From assembly GCF_006345805.1 (NCBI RefSeq), contig NC_043000.1, positions 35,650,001 to 35,714,000 on the forward strand: a DNA stretch of 64,000 bases, given 5' to 3'. Shown here piece after piece: positions 38,901 through 52,026 of the stretch. A model generated the notes under the pieces. The model saw only the letters and a list, made by a program, of their open reading frames with translations. It made no database searches and was not told the origin of the DNA. This DNA comes from Octopus sinensis. Its lineage: Eukaryota. The position numbers and the translations under genes were made by a program. Position 1 is the stretch's first letter. Every line of letters starts with the position of its first letter.

Positions 38901-40029
38901 TATGCGCTCACATATATATGTGTGTGTGTGTGTGTTTGTCATTCACCACTAAAGTACCAGGCTTCCCCCAAAAAAGCACTGGGGTCATTGTGTTCAACTA
39001 AAATAAATTCTTCAAGATGGTGCCCCAGCATGGCCACAGTCTAAATGACTGAAACAGATCAAAGACAAAAGATATATACTCTTTTTACTCTTTTACTTGT
39101 TTCAGTCATTTGACTGCGGCCATGCTGGAGCACCGCCTTTAGTCCAGCAAATCGACCCCGGGACTTATTCTTTGTAAGCCCAGTACTTATTCTATTGGTC
39201 TCTTTTGCCGAACCGCTAAGTGACGGGGACGTAAACACACCAGCATTGGTTGTCAAGCAATGCTAGAGGGACAAATACAGACACACAAACATATACACAC
39301 ACATACATATATACGACAGGCTTCTTTCAATTTCCGTCTACCAAATCCACTCACAAGGCATTGGTCGACCCCAGGCTATAGCAGAAGACACTTGCCCAAG
39401 ATGCCACACAGTGGGACTGAACCCGGAACCATGTGGTTGGTAAGCAAGCTACTTACCACACAGCCACTTTTAAGGATACTGTCCTTAAAATCAACAGCAG
39501 ACAAATGAAAGTCAAGCATTGTACGTACGTCAACCCCAACATATTCTAAATTTTGCTGCAGTACACCATTAAACTGTATTCTGCTTCTTTTATTCTTCTG
39601 CACCATTTTTCCGTTCTGGTGGAATTAACTATTTACAGGATGAGTGATGGGAAGACATGGATTAAATTATATTTGCATCACTAAACTTTGCTTTATATAT
39701 ATTTCTGAATTCATTGATTTTTCTTGGTTTATTGTGAAACTGTAGAGAATTTTGGTTTTGTTTTTGTCTTTTTTTTTTATTGAATCTAAAAGACACACAC
39801 ACGCACAAAAAAAATTGAATAAATAACACAGGAAACATTTTGTTTAATGCAGTAATGATGAGTGTTTGTAAATTGAACAAGATTCTCTGAGTATTTTCAC
39901 TGAAAAAAATTTATTGAGGATTGTTTTGGTGTTTTTGTTTCGATTAGAAATCCGTGAAAAGTAATTGAAGATAATATGTGAGGCATAGATAGACAGATCG
40001 ACATATGTATAATATATATATATATATAT

Positions 40030-40068
<39 letters not shown>

Positions 40069-40799
40069 AAGTAAAAGAGGGAGTAGAAAAGAGATCATTG
40101 ATTCCAAGAAAGCTACGTCTCCTCATTATGTATTGATCGAGTTCATAAAATGTTAAATGTTTATATCCACTCTAATTTTTATGTCTTTTATTTGTATCTT
40201 TTGTACAAATAGATATTTTCAAAAACAAAAGAACAGTAAAAAAAAAAAACAAAGAAGTGAAAAACATGAAAAAAATCCTCCACCCAAATAAAGATATTTT
40301 TCTCTTTCTAAAATCTATTGTTTATTTTCCTTCTTTTCTTCACATTTTTTTATACACCCACCCACATATGCACGCACGCAGACTTACGTTCACATAATCT
40401 TTTTTATGAATAGATGTTTTCCGCTGCAAGCAATTTCCGAACAAGGTTAAAGGGGAGACCAGAGTTACATAGATTAGAGGAAATAATCATTCGATGAAAC
40501 TTATTTTTGCATAGTATTCTGAAAGAGAGAACCATTCTCAATGATCAATTCTTTTGGTTAAAAAAAGTAAATAAATAAATGAACCACTGCCACCATCAAA
40601 ACAAAAAAAAAAAATCTACCAAAAAGTGTTTTTAATGAATTGTTTTACTTCGTAGCCATATTAAACACTCTTTGTTATTTCTTCATTGTCTTTACTGTGT
40701 GTGTGAAGGATTGGTTTCATGTAGTCATGTTCATGTTCTTTCTTTGTCCACAATATAAAGAGTTTGTGAGTAAAAACTGGTTTCCTTGACAGAAAATGT

Positions 40800-41100
40800 C
40801 AAACCTTTTTGACACCAACCCACCTGAGACCATCACCCTTGGTTCTGTGCCATAAACTTCATGTCTTAAAGTGATCTAAATTAAAAGCTTCCATCAGAAT
40901 TCCATGTGAATTTCTGTTCCAAACACCAGATTAATAAGGAAAAAGTTATTTTATAGAATTCTTCTTTATTTTCACAGTTACTTGAAATAAAGGCAGATTA
41001 TTCCAACAGATTAAAAGCGTCCATCAAAATTTCATGCTAATTTGTTCCAAACACTGGATTAGTAACGACAAAGTTACTTTAATAAATTCTTTATTGCATT
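40800..41100. mobile_element. Degenerate TTAA-MITE fragment with internal duplication
   Basis: AACCTTTTTGACACCAACCCACCTGAGACC resembles the reverse complement of the 42796-43023 MITE end. TTAAAAGC.TCCATCA.AATT.CATG..AATTT.TGTTCCAAACAC is present twice. Confidence 0.45.
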
Positions 41101-42621
41101 TCAGTAGAAATTTGGTGACCCCTTTCAATCCTATCCAATCTTTATATTTGTTACCCCACTTCCCTCTTCTTACCCATTCCCCATCTCTCATTTCCCCATA
41201 CTCTCTTGCAACCCCTACTCATCTAGGCTCCCTTCTCGTTTCTACTCACCTTGTATCTTGACAGTCCACCCAGGCACCACCTCATCACCATTAGTTTTTT
41301 GTCTCTTTCCAGCTCCACCCTGATCATTCCTCACCCTGTCTTGTATAATGTGAGTAGCCATGTAGCTCCTCCACAACAAGAAACCTGTTTTGCTCTGGCC
41401 CCTTCTCTCATAATTTAATCCCTCACCTCCTAGCTCAGGGCTCTTGAATGGCAACCTTAATGCTGCTGGTGCCATGAAAAAGCATTCAGTACAAGCTGTA
41501 AAATGGTTTGTATTAGAAAGTACATCCTGTTGCAGAAACCATACTAAAGTAGGTAGTGGAGTACAATGCAGTCGTTGCCCCCCCCATCAAATCCTGTCAA
41601 ACTGTCCCCACCCCCATGGCAGCATGGATGTCACAAATGGTGACGACATTGCTGATAACTTGTGAACATACCAACATTATGTTGAGAGCAAGTATTTATT
41701 GCCAAGTATATTGTAACAAATAGAACAAAAGTGTGTCATATACTAAAAGGTGACTCTGTTTTATAACTGACTTCAGCACAGAAAGCTGATAAGACGAAAT
41801 AACAAGGTTAAACAAAACCATTTAACCTTGTTATTTGCTCTGATCAGTTAGGAACAGTCAGCAGTTGTACTGAGTGTTCAGGTTTTTCTGTCAGCGGACT
41901 AAAAGAATTTAAACTTGACTATATCAAACTGTTTGTGTGTCTATCAATGATTCTGTCATAGGTGCAGGTGTGGTAAGAAACTTATTTCCCAATCTCATGG
42001 TTCCAGGTTCAGTCTCGCTGCATGGCACCTCAGACAAGTGTCCTCTACTATAGCCTCAGTCCGATCAAAGCCTTGTGAGTGGATTTGTGTGTGTGTCTTT
42101 GTTTGTCCTCCACCACTGCTTGAAAACCAGTGTTGGTGTGTTTATGTCCCTATAACTTAGTGGTTTGACAAAAGAGGCTGAGAGAATAAGTACCAATCTT
42201 AGAAAAAAAGTCTTGGGGTTGATTTGTTTGACTAAAAAGTCTTCAAGGCAGTAATCCAGCATGGCCACAATCTAATGACTGACAGAAGAAAACATAAAAG
42301 ATATAGTATTTTGCTCATTGTACAGCTTAAGTATTTTTATAACTTTTACCTTTTTAACCAAGTTTCTTGTACACATTGCATGTGGCAGGGAGACAAGACT
42401 TGATATTTTGGTTGATAACCCCAGTAATTCATCTGTCATTTCCCCATATAGGATATTAAACATGACTTTATCATCATATCATGGAGGTGTTGAGGGCCAC
42501 CTAAACACCTATTTTTATCTCTTTCCAGTTCCATCCAGACTACCCCGTCACTTCTAAATTGCGAGTGGTCATGTAGTTCTCTTATAGTAAGAAACCTGTT
42601 CTGCTCTGGTTTTTCTCTCTA

Positions 42622-43037
42622 ACTTTAACCCTTAGCATTCAGATTTCTTTGTCAAACTTATTTATTTATTCACATTCCTTTATATATGGTGTGTTTGTAT
42701 ATTCTTAGAAAGACATTGTAGGTTAGGTGTGAGAGATTGGACTGGGTCTGTTGTAACATAAAACAGGTGGGGTATTTGCGCTGGACATGGCCAGGTTAAC
42801 CCTTTCGCTACCGTATTTATTTTGAGATGCTCTGTGTTTCTTTCAATTACTTTAACTGTAACAAACAATTTAGTAAAATAACTTAGTTATCATTAAGCTA
42901 GTGTTAGGAATGTAAATTGTGACTAAGGCTTGGTGGAAGATTTTGATTCAAAACTTATGAAAACAAGACATTTTACCACATAACCAGAGCCGGTTTTGGC
43001 TGGGTTAGTAACAAAAGGGTTAAATGCTAACTGGTTG
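42622..43037. mobile_element. piggyBac-type MITE family 1 (TTAACCCTT.AGCATTCAG...) interrupted by a nested MITE; other family 1 copies at ~45300-45463 and 54970-55200
   Basis: The same internal sequence (TAGAA.GACATTGTAGG.TAGGTGTGAGAG...TTTGAACATAAAACAG) is present in three places, with TTAACCCT / AGGGTTAA termini. Confidence 0.65.
42796..43023. mobile_element. piggyBac-type MITE family 2, complete, TTAA TSD
   Basis: TTAA-CCCTTTCGCTAC ... GTAACAAAAGGG-TTAA. Confidence 0.8.
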
Positions 43038-45634
43038 ACTTCCATATCTCCTGCCATAAACTGCCTCAGGGTTCATAGTTGTGCAAACTGCACGGCAGCC
43101 TCACTAGCACTGGTGACAGAAAAACCTCCAGTACACACTCTAAAGTGGTTGATATTAGGAAGGGCGTCCAGCCATAGAAACCATACGAAAGTAGGCACAG
43201 GAGCACCATGCAGTTCTTGGACCCACTGGAATTTGTCAAACTGTCAAACTTACGGAACATGGATGTTAAATGATGATGATGGTGATGATGATGATCTTTG
43301 TCAATCATCTAATTTATTTTAGTATTTCTAAGAATAGCAAAAATGCCAAGTGGTGGTTTATTGTATATTTTAGATATTTTGCTTGGCTAAAAGCAACTCT
43401 AAAGTAATAAAAATACCCACATAACAAATCAAGGCCTCTTGAAATACCCTGATTAATAGAAACGTTGCCAAGCTTTCAAAAGTGTTGCCTGACAAGTATC
43501 TGCTTCAGCTTTCTATTCTTGAGAAAAAAGAAAACTTTGTAAAACTATTATCACCAGATTATTGTAGCATTTTCAATGAAAGGTAAATTTTAGTTTAAAT
43601 CATTCAGGGATGGTGGTGGTGGTAGTGACAGTTGTGGCAGCTGCTGGTGTGTATGTGCATGTGTGTGTGTGTGTGTGTGTGTGTTGCCAAAATAGCAACA
43701 TGTTTGTGCTGGGAGTTCAATCACATATCTGCTGTTTAGCCCGGCAATCATCAATCATTATTGCTTATCGTCCACTTTTCCAGGTTTGCATGAATTGGAC
43801 AGAATTTGTTGAGGTACATTTTTTTTCCCTACAGCTGGATGCCCTTCCTGTTGCTAACCCTCACCTGGTTTTAAGCAAGACAATGTTTCTCTGTTGCCTG
43901 TCTTCTCTATTACAAAGACTGGCGACAAACGGCTTGTGTGACAGTGATGCTCATTTACGACAGTCCTGTAATATGAAGACAAGGGAGCCCCCCCCCCCCA
44001 CAATCACTCCTTCTCTCTCTCTTTCTCTCTCAACAAGCTTTGTCCTGATTTCATTTTTGAAATCTGCTTCCAAGGCTTTTTGGCCTGGCGCTGTAGTCAA
44101 AGTCACTTTCTCAAGTGCTGTGCAGTGGGATTGACCCTGAGACTCCATGGCTGGGAAGCAAGCTCTTTACCACCTGCACCAAATGCATTAAATATCTATC
44201 AAAACCTCACCACTCTCCTCACAATTATGCTTTAAAAAATGTTATGATATATTAAGTGGGGGAGAAAGGTTCATGTCCACGACTTTCCTTTTCTAAAAGG
44301 TCTCCTTGACTGACAAGTGAAAGGGAACAAATAACTGACTCAAATCTTATTCTAGTAAGAAGGTATTAAGTGTGCCAGTCTGGAAAATTGGTTCTGAATT
44401 CTTGCAGTTGTGGAATCCATTAATAATCCTTTCTTCCTGAAATTTGGGGCAAGGGAGCCAATCAATTAAATCGACCCCAGTACGCAACTGGTACTTAATT
44501 TATCAACCCCGAAATGATGAAAGGTAAAGTTGATCTCGGCAGAATTTGAACTCCAGCGTGCTAACAATTCTGCCAGGAATCCATTGATAATAGTGAAGAA
44601 CCAGTGGTAGCACTGGTAAACCAGGCAATACATTAGATTTACCACCCATCCCTCTGCCCTTTCACATGTTATCTGTCTTTTTCTCAGATCTGTAGTGGTC
44701 TACATAGTTAAATAGTTGAATGATCTCCCTTGCAAGAAAGATCATAGAGTAACCTCCCTTTTCTAAGTTTCTTGAAGCATCTGTGTCATGAGACATGATT
44801 CTTAATTATTCAAGAAGCTTAGCGTTTCTACAGGAAGTTTCTTGAATGTCTATCGTTCCATTAATAGCTTGCTAACCCTGCCCTTTGCTTCTCAGTTGAT
44901 TAGCCTTTGAGCCATTCACGTCATCGCTATGCCTGTCTATTTCTCTATGCCACATGACTGAAAACCACCACTTAGCTGTTATTTCTACATTTTCTATCTC
45001 TGAACTTTCTTGCATAGATTACTTCATTCAACTAGATTCTACATTTTGGTTCCATGTATCATCATCGACAAGTAAATAAAATATATTTTTAATTAGTAAA
45101 TATGTAGTTCTTAAATTTATTCTTCATCTCTTTATGATCTGTTATAATAACATACACGCAGCCACATCAACACCTCGTACTGACTATATATTCCCACTAC
45201 AGCTCTGTCATATTAAACCTGTAGACTTCCATTCCAAGAATCCATTCTATATTGCATTAGTTTTTAATTCTAACCTTCAGCATCTACCTTATTTCTTCTC
45301 ATTGAACTAATCCTGTATTAATCCTGTATTATCTCGTAGCTTCAAGATTTTGATGATATGAGTATTTTTAGAATGACATTGTAGGGTAGGTGTGAGAGGC
45401 AGGATCTGATCAGTTTGAACATAAAACAGATAAAATTTGGCTGTTTTAAATGTTAAAGGGTTAAAATTCTCAATTATCTTAACCAACATTACTTTTCTTC
45501 TTCCTCTTTTGTCTGAGAGACCTTCACCCCCATGCACCATTGCCCCACCTTCTAATCCAACTCAACCATTTCCTATCTCTACAATTCTCACCTTATCTTC
45601 TCTACTGTCCATTCACTCAACACTTATTATCATA

Positions 45635-47050
45635 CTAGCAGAATTGCCCGGCGATGCTCGGGGCTGAATTGCTTGAAAGTACTGTTAATGATTGCACTGA
45701 ATTATGATGATTATTCAGGCAAATATTGATATAAGTTTACGGCGAATTAATGTATTTTTAAGTGTATAGAAAGCCGTGTAAAGGGGTTCCTACCCCCCTT
45801 GTAGAATGGTGTAAGAATTGAATGCGAGGTTGCCTTGAAAAGAGCCATGTCATTGTTCTCATATCCACTGATAATGCTTTTGTTGGTCTGAAGCTACAGC
45901 AGAAGACACATGCCAAGTCACCATACAGTGGGACTGAACCCAGGACCATGTGTTTGGAACGTAGTTTGTTACCACACAGCCACACCTGCCCCTATGTATG
46001 TGTGTGTGTGCGTATGTGTGTATGGGTAGATATATTATGCATGTATATATGTGTATATATATATATATGTGTACATATTACATGTACATCTATATATATA
46101 CATCTACACATAAAATCTACGCATAAAATACAAAATATAAAGTTATATCTTGATATCGCTAGTGATAACAATACTCAAAATATATAACAGACTGGAATTG
46201 TAGGCCTGTCTCTTGCAATTTCGATCAATTGGATCTTGTCCTCCCTCTTGTATAGAAGTGTACGGTTGCAGCGAAATTCATTTTTGGACTTTCTTCTATC
46301 GAAGGCATTTTAACAAAAATGCTTCCGTAAGACAGTGAAAATATTGTCAATTTCCCCAAACAGGGACACAATTCAATTTTTAAACAATAACCAAAGCCCC
46401 TTCTTCGAAAGGGGGAGGGTTACGGTTTACAATTATTTAACAAATGCAACACAACAACATTTCCCTGACGAGGAACCAACAAACGTGATTACAATAGTCA
46501 AACAGTAATAATAATAACAACAAACCTTTTTAATTTATCCCCATTTATGTGAAACTACTTATTCAAGTTCAAGTCATTGATGCAATTTTATACGAATTGC
46601 TAATACACACACACAGACACACACATAATAAGGGTGAAAAATTGAATATTAATTTGATTAATATGAATTGAAAACTAGTGGTGTAGCATATAAGACCATA
46701 GCGGATCTTCCTCTAGCAAAAAGGATGACCACTATTAATGGCTCATCCCTGTTATATAATACTTTCACTTTAATAGTTTCACACTTGCAAAGAGAAAGTA
46801 GGAGAAAGTGTGGTGGTAATAGCAGGAGTAAACCACTTGAAATGAGAGAGGCAAATCGTAAAATATTGAGTTTTCTCGAATTTTTGCTTAATTGGGGGTC
46901 AAATTGAAAAAACTTTACATGCCATTACCCAATCGAATCTACTTGGAAAAATCATAGGTAAATTCCAATTGAAGAAATTGTATATTGTAGAATTGTATTA
47001 AAAAGAAACATGGGAACAGGCAGAGAAAATCTGCCTTTTATCATAAGAGA
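45635..47050 (-). mobile_element. Non-autonomous Helitron (~1.4 kb) containing a nested SINE B fragment and microsatellites
   Basis: Minus 5' end A|TCTCTTATGATAAAAGGCAG resembles the 26760 element. The 3' end has a hairpin (+ strand GCCCGGCGATGCTCGGGGC) followed by CTAG|T. The SINE B piece is at ~45895-45990. Confidence 0.65.
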
Positions 47051-47062
47051 TTCACCCCACCA

Positions 47063-47282
47063 AGGCAGCAAGCTGGCAGAAACATTAGCAGGCCGGGCAA
47101 AATGCTTAATGGTATTTCATCTGTCTTTACGTTCTGAGTTGAAATTCCGCCGAGTTTCACTTTGCCTTTCATCCTTTTGGGGTCGATAAATTAAGTACCA
47201 GTTGTGTACTGGGGTCAATCTAATTGACTGGCTGCCCGTCCCCAAAATTTTGGGCCTTGTGCCGAGAGTAGAAAAGATTATA
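47063..47282 (+). mobile_element. Near full-length SINE family A (short-tail variant)
   Basis: GGCAGCAAGCTGGCAGAAACATTAGCAGGCCGGGC...GAGTTGAAATTCCGCCGAG...GGGCCTTGTGCCGAGAGTAGAAAAGATTATT. Confidence 0.85.
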
Positions 47283-47585
47283 TTCACATCACCTTCATTC
47301 CTCATCGCTCACTCTCCCCATTCGCTTTACTCACGTTGTACTTTGAGGGTCTCTAACCCTAATCCAGACACATCCCCACCACTATTTTATCTCTTCCCTG
47401 TCCCAACCTTATCACCTCCACCCTCTCTTCTAAAGCATTGAATGGAAACCCTGAATGATGATGATAGTGACGATGAACTTCAACAAGTTGTTAATTTTTT
47501 TTCTTCTGTGCCCCCCCACCCTCATTTTTTGTAATGCATGAATTTTAAGACTTTATAATTATATTGTCTATTGTTTATTTTCCAG

Positions 47586-47652
47586 ATCCAGCTTCTGGAG
47601 TTACGCACCAGCAACTATGAACTCGATAGCCAGTGTAAGCGCCAACAACGAG
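47586..47652 (+). CDS. GRIPAP1: GRIP1-associated protein 1 (GRASP-1), coding exon 2 (67 bp, phase 0 to phase 1)
   Basis: Encodes IQLLELRTSNYELDSQCKRQQR(E/D/x), versus recalled human [23 protein letters not shown]. Acceptor ttttccAG| and donor GAG|GTAAAT. Confidence 0.92.
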
Positions 47653-47849
47653 GTAAATGTCCTGACCGAATAATTTATTCCTTTTCTTTTTATTTTCTTT
47701 TTCTTGTTTTCAAGAATTTGTAAGAACTCTATGTGGGTGTATAATTATCAATCAATTCATAATATTGCCATTTATCAAAGCATATCGTACTGTATCATAA
47801 TATATATATGATTTGATAGAGTATAGTAAATATGATATCATGTGATCAG

Positions 47850-48800
47850 GTTTTCTCAGTCACAGCATATCTCCCGAGGTCTGGAAGTAAAGTGAAATCA
47901 CAGCCGTAGCCTACACCAGAGTTGCATAACCAGCCCACTTAAAAAAGTACCTTTGGATTGATCGGGCGACATGCTGTGCCTGAGAAGACCTATTGAGTCA
48001 AGTAAAATCAAAATCAAAATAAAAAATCAAATCATAATCAAATGGACATTGTAGCTGTGGCCGATGCCAGTGCCGCCTGGCTGGCTCCCATGGTGGTGGC
48101 AAGCAATAAGCACCATTCATGCATGGGTTGTTGCCAGTGCTGCTTGACTGGCTCCCTGTGCCGGTGGTCGGTGGTCGATGCCAGCTCCCCACCACCCGGA
48201 CTGGCTCCTGTGCCAGTAGCATGTAAAAAGCACCATCTGAACGTGGTCAATGCCAGCCCCCTTGCCCTACTGGCTCCTGTGCTGGCGGAATGTAAAAACC
48301 ACCAACTACACTCTCAGAGTGGTTGGCGTTAGGAATGGCATCCAGCTGTAGAAACCTTTCCAAATCAGATTGGAGTCTGGTGTGGCCTCCTGGCTTGCCA
48401 GTCCTCAGTGAAACTATCCAACACATGCTGGCATGGGATGGACGGTTTGACGGAGGTCTAGAGAGCTGGCAGCTGCACCAGGCTCCAATCTGATCTGGTA
48501 GAGTTTCTACAGCTGGATGCCCAACCTAACGCCAACCACTCTGAGAGTGTAGTGGGTGCTTTTTACGTGTCACTGGCATAGGCGCTAACCAGGCCGGCCT
48601 GGCATTGATCACGTTTGGATAGTGCTTTTTACATGCCACTGGCATGAGGGCCAGTCAGTGGGACTGGCATCAATCACATTCGGATGGTGCTTTTTATGTA
48701 CCACCACCACAAGAGCCAGTCAAAGGGTACTGGCATTGGCCACGTTCGGTTGGTGCTTTTTACGTGCCATTGGCATGGGAGCCAGTCAGGCTCACATCAG
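47850..48800. mobile_element. Two RTE 3'-UTR tails in inverted orientation fused at their internal palindrome
   Basis: The + copy runs to ...TCCAACACATGCTG, and the - copy continues as GCATGGGATGGACGG... at ~48429. Confidence 0.75.
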
Positions 48801-49329
48801 ACTTTATGTGATGTGAGTGTAACTTATACAATAGTATTTGAGGAAATAATAATATAATACAATAGAGAAGATTTTGCAATATCATGCTATACTCTGTTGC
48901 AATAAACGAACCTTCGCTATGATTATATCGGAATGTTATGTATAAGTGTGTGTGTATCAGGTTGCTTTTGTTTTACTGGTAATCTGTAATCCAGTCCAAC
49001 CTGTTGCATGGTTGAGTCATCAGTGACTAAACTGGCAACCCCACCCAGCTTACTTAGTTGAGGAGGGTGATTTCTGGACACCCTGTTAAAGGGTGAAGGC
49101 ACTCAGTGGTGTCAGTGGACATCCGATATGGTCAAAGGGAGATGGTGTTCACCAGTCGTAGTGAAGACAATGCATTGAGGAGAAGGAAATCTCTGAAATA
49201 AAAACCATTCAGTGAGGACTTGCAACCAGATGATATTATTTTGCACAGAAAAATTATGCAATGAACATGGTATAATTTCATCTGTAGATGACTGATGATC
49301 AAATAAATATATGTAAGGTTTTGATATAT

Positions 49330-49491
49330 AGGCGTAGGAGTGGCTGTGTGGGAAGTAGCTTGCTTACCAACCACATGTTTCTGGGTTCAGTCCCACTGCA
49401 CGGCATCTTGGGCAAGTGTCTTCTACTATTGCCTCGGGCCGACCAAAGCCTTGTGAGTGGATTTGGTTGACAGAAACTGAAAGAAGCCATC

Positions 49492-49539
<48 letters not shown>

Positions 49540-49757
49540 ATATGTTTGTGTGTCTGTGTTTGTCCCCCTAACATTGCTTGACAACCGATGCTGGTGTGTT
49601 TACATCCCCGTAACTTAGCGGTTCGGCAAAAGAGAATGATAGAATAAGTACTAGGCTTACAAAGAATAGGTTATGAGGTTAATTTGCTCAACTAAAGGTG
49701 GTGCTCCAGCATGGCTGCATTCAAATGACTGAAACAAGTAAAAGAGAAAAAAAATGA
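49330..49757 (+). mobile_element. Full-length SINE family B
   Basis: All modules are present: tRNA-like head, TTGGGCAAGTG block, (TA)n, body and CA.TCAAATGACTG tail. Confidence 0.9.
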
Positions 49758-51375
49758 GAAAGAGAGACATCATATAATGTGCTGTGTACTACACCATGAC
49801 ACAGTGTTTTGAACTAACTCCTATCTGTCGATTGTTAACATATGGTATTGCATGGAAACATATTTTATGTAATACTGTATGATATGGTAGTCACTTAGGT
49901 TTCTAACAAGGACCTGTCAGTAATAGAAGCCAAATTGCTTTCAAACCACACCCTGATGTCTTAAATCAGACGTATTTGATAACATACTCTATTACTGGGG
50001 AAAAAAAAAAAAAACAAAAAAAAAAACTTCTGAAAGATAAAAGAGCACATGGTTTCAAGTTTGGACAATCTTTGATAAAATGTGTCTGTTTGATTGGAGC
50101 TGACTTGTAACTCATCAACACCACCGCCACCACCACCACCACTGCCAGCATCACTGCCGCCACTGCCGCCACCACCACTGCTAGCGTCACTGACGCCACC
50201 ACCAGCAACATACAATATATGATACAGAGTTGTATAAACTGAGTCATCAAGTGTTGAGTGACATTGCATCTGTATGAACCGATTAGACTGCAGCACAATA
50301 TCAGGACATATTTCACAACACATTGCCATATTAAACGAAATCCAACCATAGTCTGCTATCATTGTCATCGTCGTCATCATCATTTAACATCCATTTTCCA
50401 TGCTGGCATGGGTTGGACAGCTTGACAGGAAGTGGTAGAGCCTGGGGTTGCACCAGCTTCCAATTGTCTGTTTTGGCATGGTTTCTATGGCTGGATGCCC
50501 TTCCTAATGCCAACCATTTTACATAGTATACAGGATACATTTTATGTGGCACTGACACCAGCAGGGTTTGCCTAGTAACCTGCGAGAAGAAGACTTCTTA
50601 GCTGGGAGAAGGAGTGGAGCTGTGGGAGGTGGCTCTGTGACAGGTGAGAGGTTAGATTACAGAGGGACAGAGAGCTGATATTGGTTCTAACTTAATGCAA
50701 CAAAGTGTTCCGTGATGATCTCTTCTGGTTAAGCATCCAAATGCAAGGTTCTAAGCAGCCAGAATGGTGAAATGTACAGAGGAACTAATACAAACTTGCT
50801 GGTGCCACGTAAAAAGCACCCAAAACATTCTGTAAAGTGGTTGGTGTTAGGAACCGCATCCAGCCATAGAAGTCCTGGCAGAACAGACTATAGTGTGACC
50901 CCTGGCCTTGCCAGTTCCTGTCAAGCTGTCCATTCATGCTAGCATGGAAAATGGACATTAAATGATGATGATGATGATGTATTTATCTTAATTTCTCTCA
51001 TATATATTTTATCTTGTTTTAATCATTAGACTGTGGCCATACTGGGGCACTGCCTTGAACAATTTTTAGTTAAATGAATCGACAACAGTACTTTTCTCTT
51101 AAGCTTGGTACTTATTATATCAGTCTCTTTTGCTGAACCACTAAGTTATAGGTACATAAACACACCAGCACCAGCTGTCAAGCAGTGGCGGGGGACAAAC
51201 ACAGACTCAAAGACACACATGATGGGTTTCTTTCAGTTCCCCCTCTACCAAATCCACTCTCAAGGCTTTGGTCAGCCTGAGGCTATAGTACAAGGGACTT
51301 GCCCAAGATGCTATGCAGTGGGACTGAACCTGAGAACATGTGGTTGGGAAGCAAACTTCTTACTATACAGCAATC

Positions 51376-51418
<43 letters not shown>

Positions 51419-51699
51419 TAAGGATATGAAATTAATTTATTAACATACTGCTAAAAAAAAGCCTATGTACGTTTCAGTTCAGTCCAGTATATAACTGCAA
51501 ATTCAAAGGTTGAAATAAATTCAAAGATTAGAATAAAATACCATTTTGAATAATGTTGGGTCGAATCTGATCAGGGTTACAGTACAGTAGACACGGTTAC
51601 ATGTTGATGGATTGGATTTTATCAGTCAACTAAGAAAATTAAGAAATATATATTTATCGTGTGTATTAGCATACGTATATTAGCGTACACATACACACA

Positions 51700-51987
51700 A
51701 TGAATATATATTTCTTAATTTTATTCTAATCGTTGGATTTATTCCTATCTTTGAATTTGCAATTATATATTGGACTGAATAGAAATGTATGTAGGCTTTT
51801 TTTTGGGCAGTATGTTAATAAATTAATTTTATATCCTTACCAACTCTCCATTCTTTAATCATATTTATACTTATAATAATCCCATATATACCGAAGAGAT
51901 ATTCCTCAATGGCTTTGGTAATTAAACCAGTGAAATTTTGGATATACTAATCCTTTATGAGGATAGAATATCCTCGCATTGACTGAA

Positions 51988-52026
<39 letters not shown>

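Noticed and set aside
41785-41848. Small inverted repeat AAATAACAAGGTTAAA / TTTAACCTTGTTATTT
   Set aside because: Short and AT-rich with no family or TSD evidence; probably a MITE scar.
50115-50210. (ACC/GCC)n run giving poly-Gly/Val/Ala ORFs
   Set aside because: Low-complexity trinucleotide repeat without splice sites or flanking coding signal.
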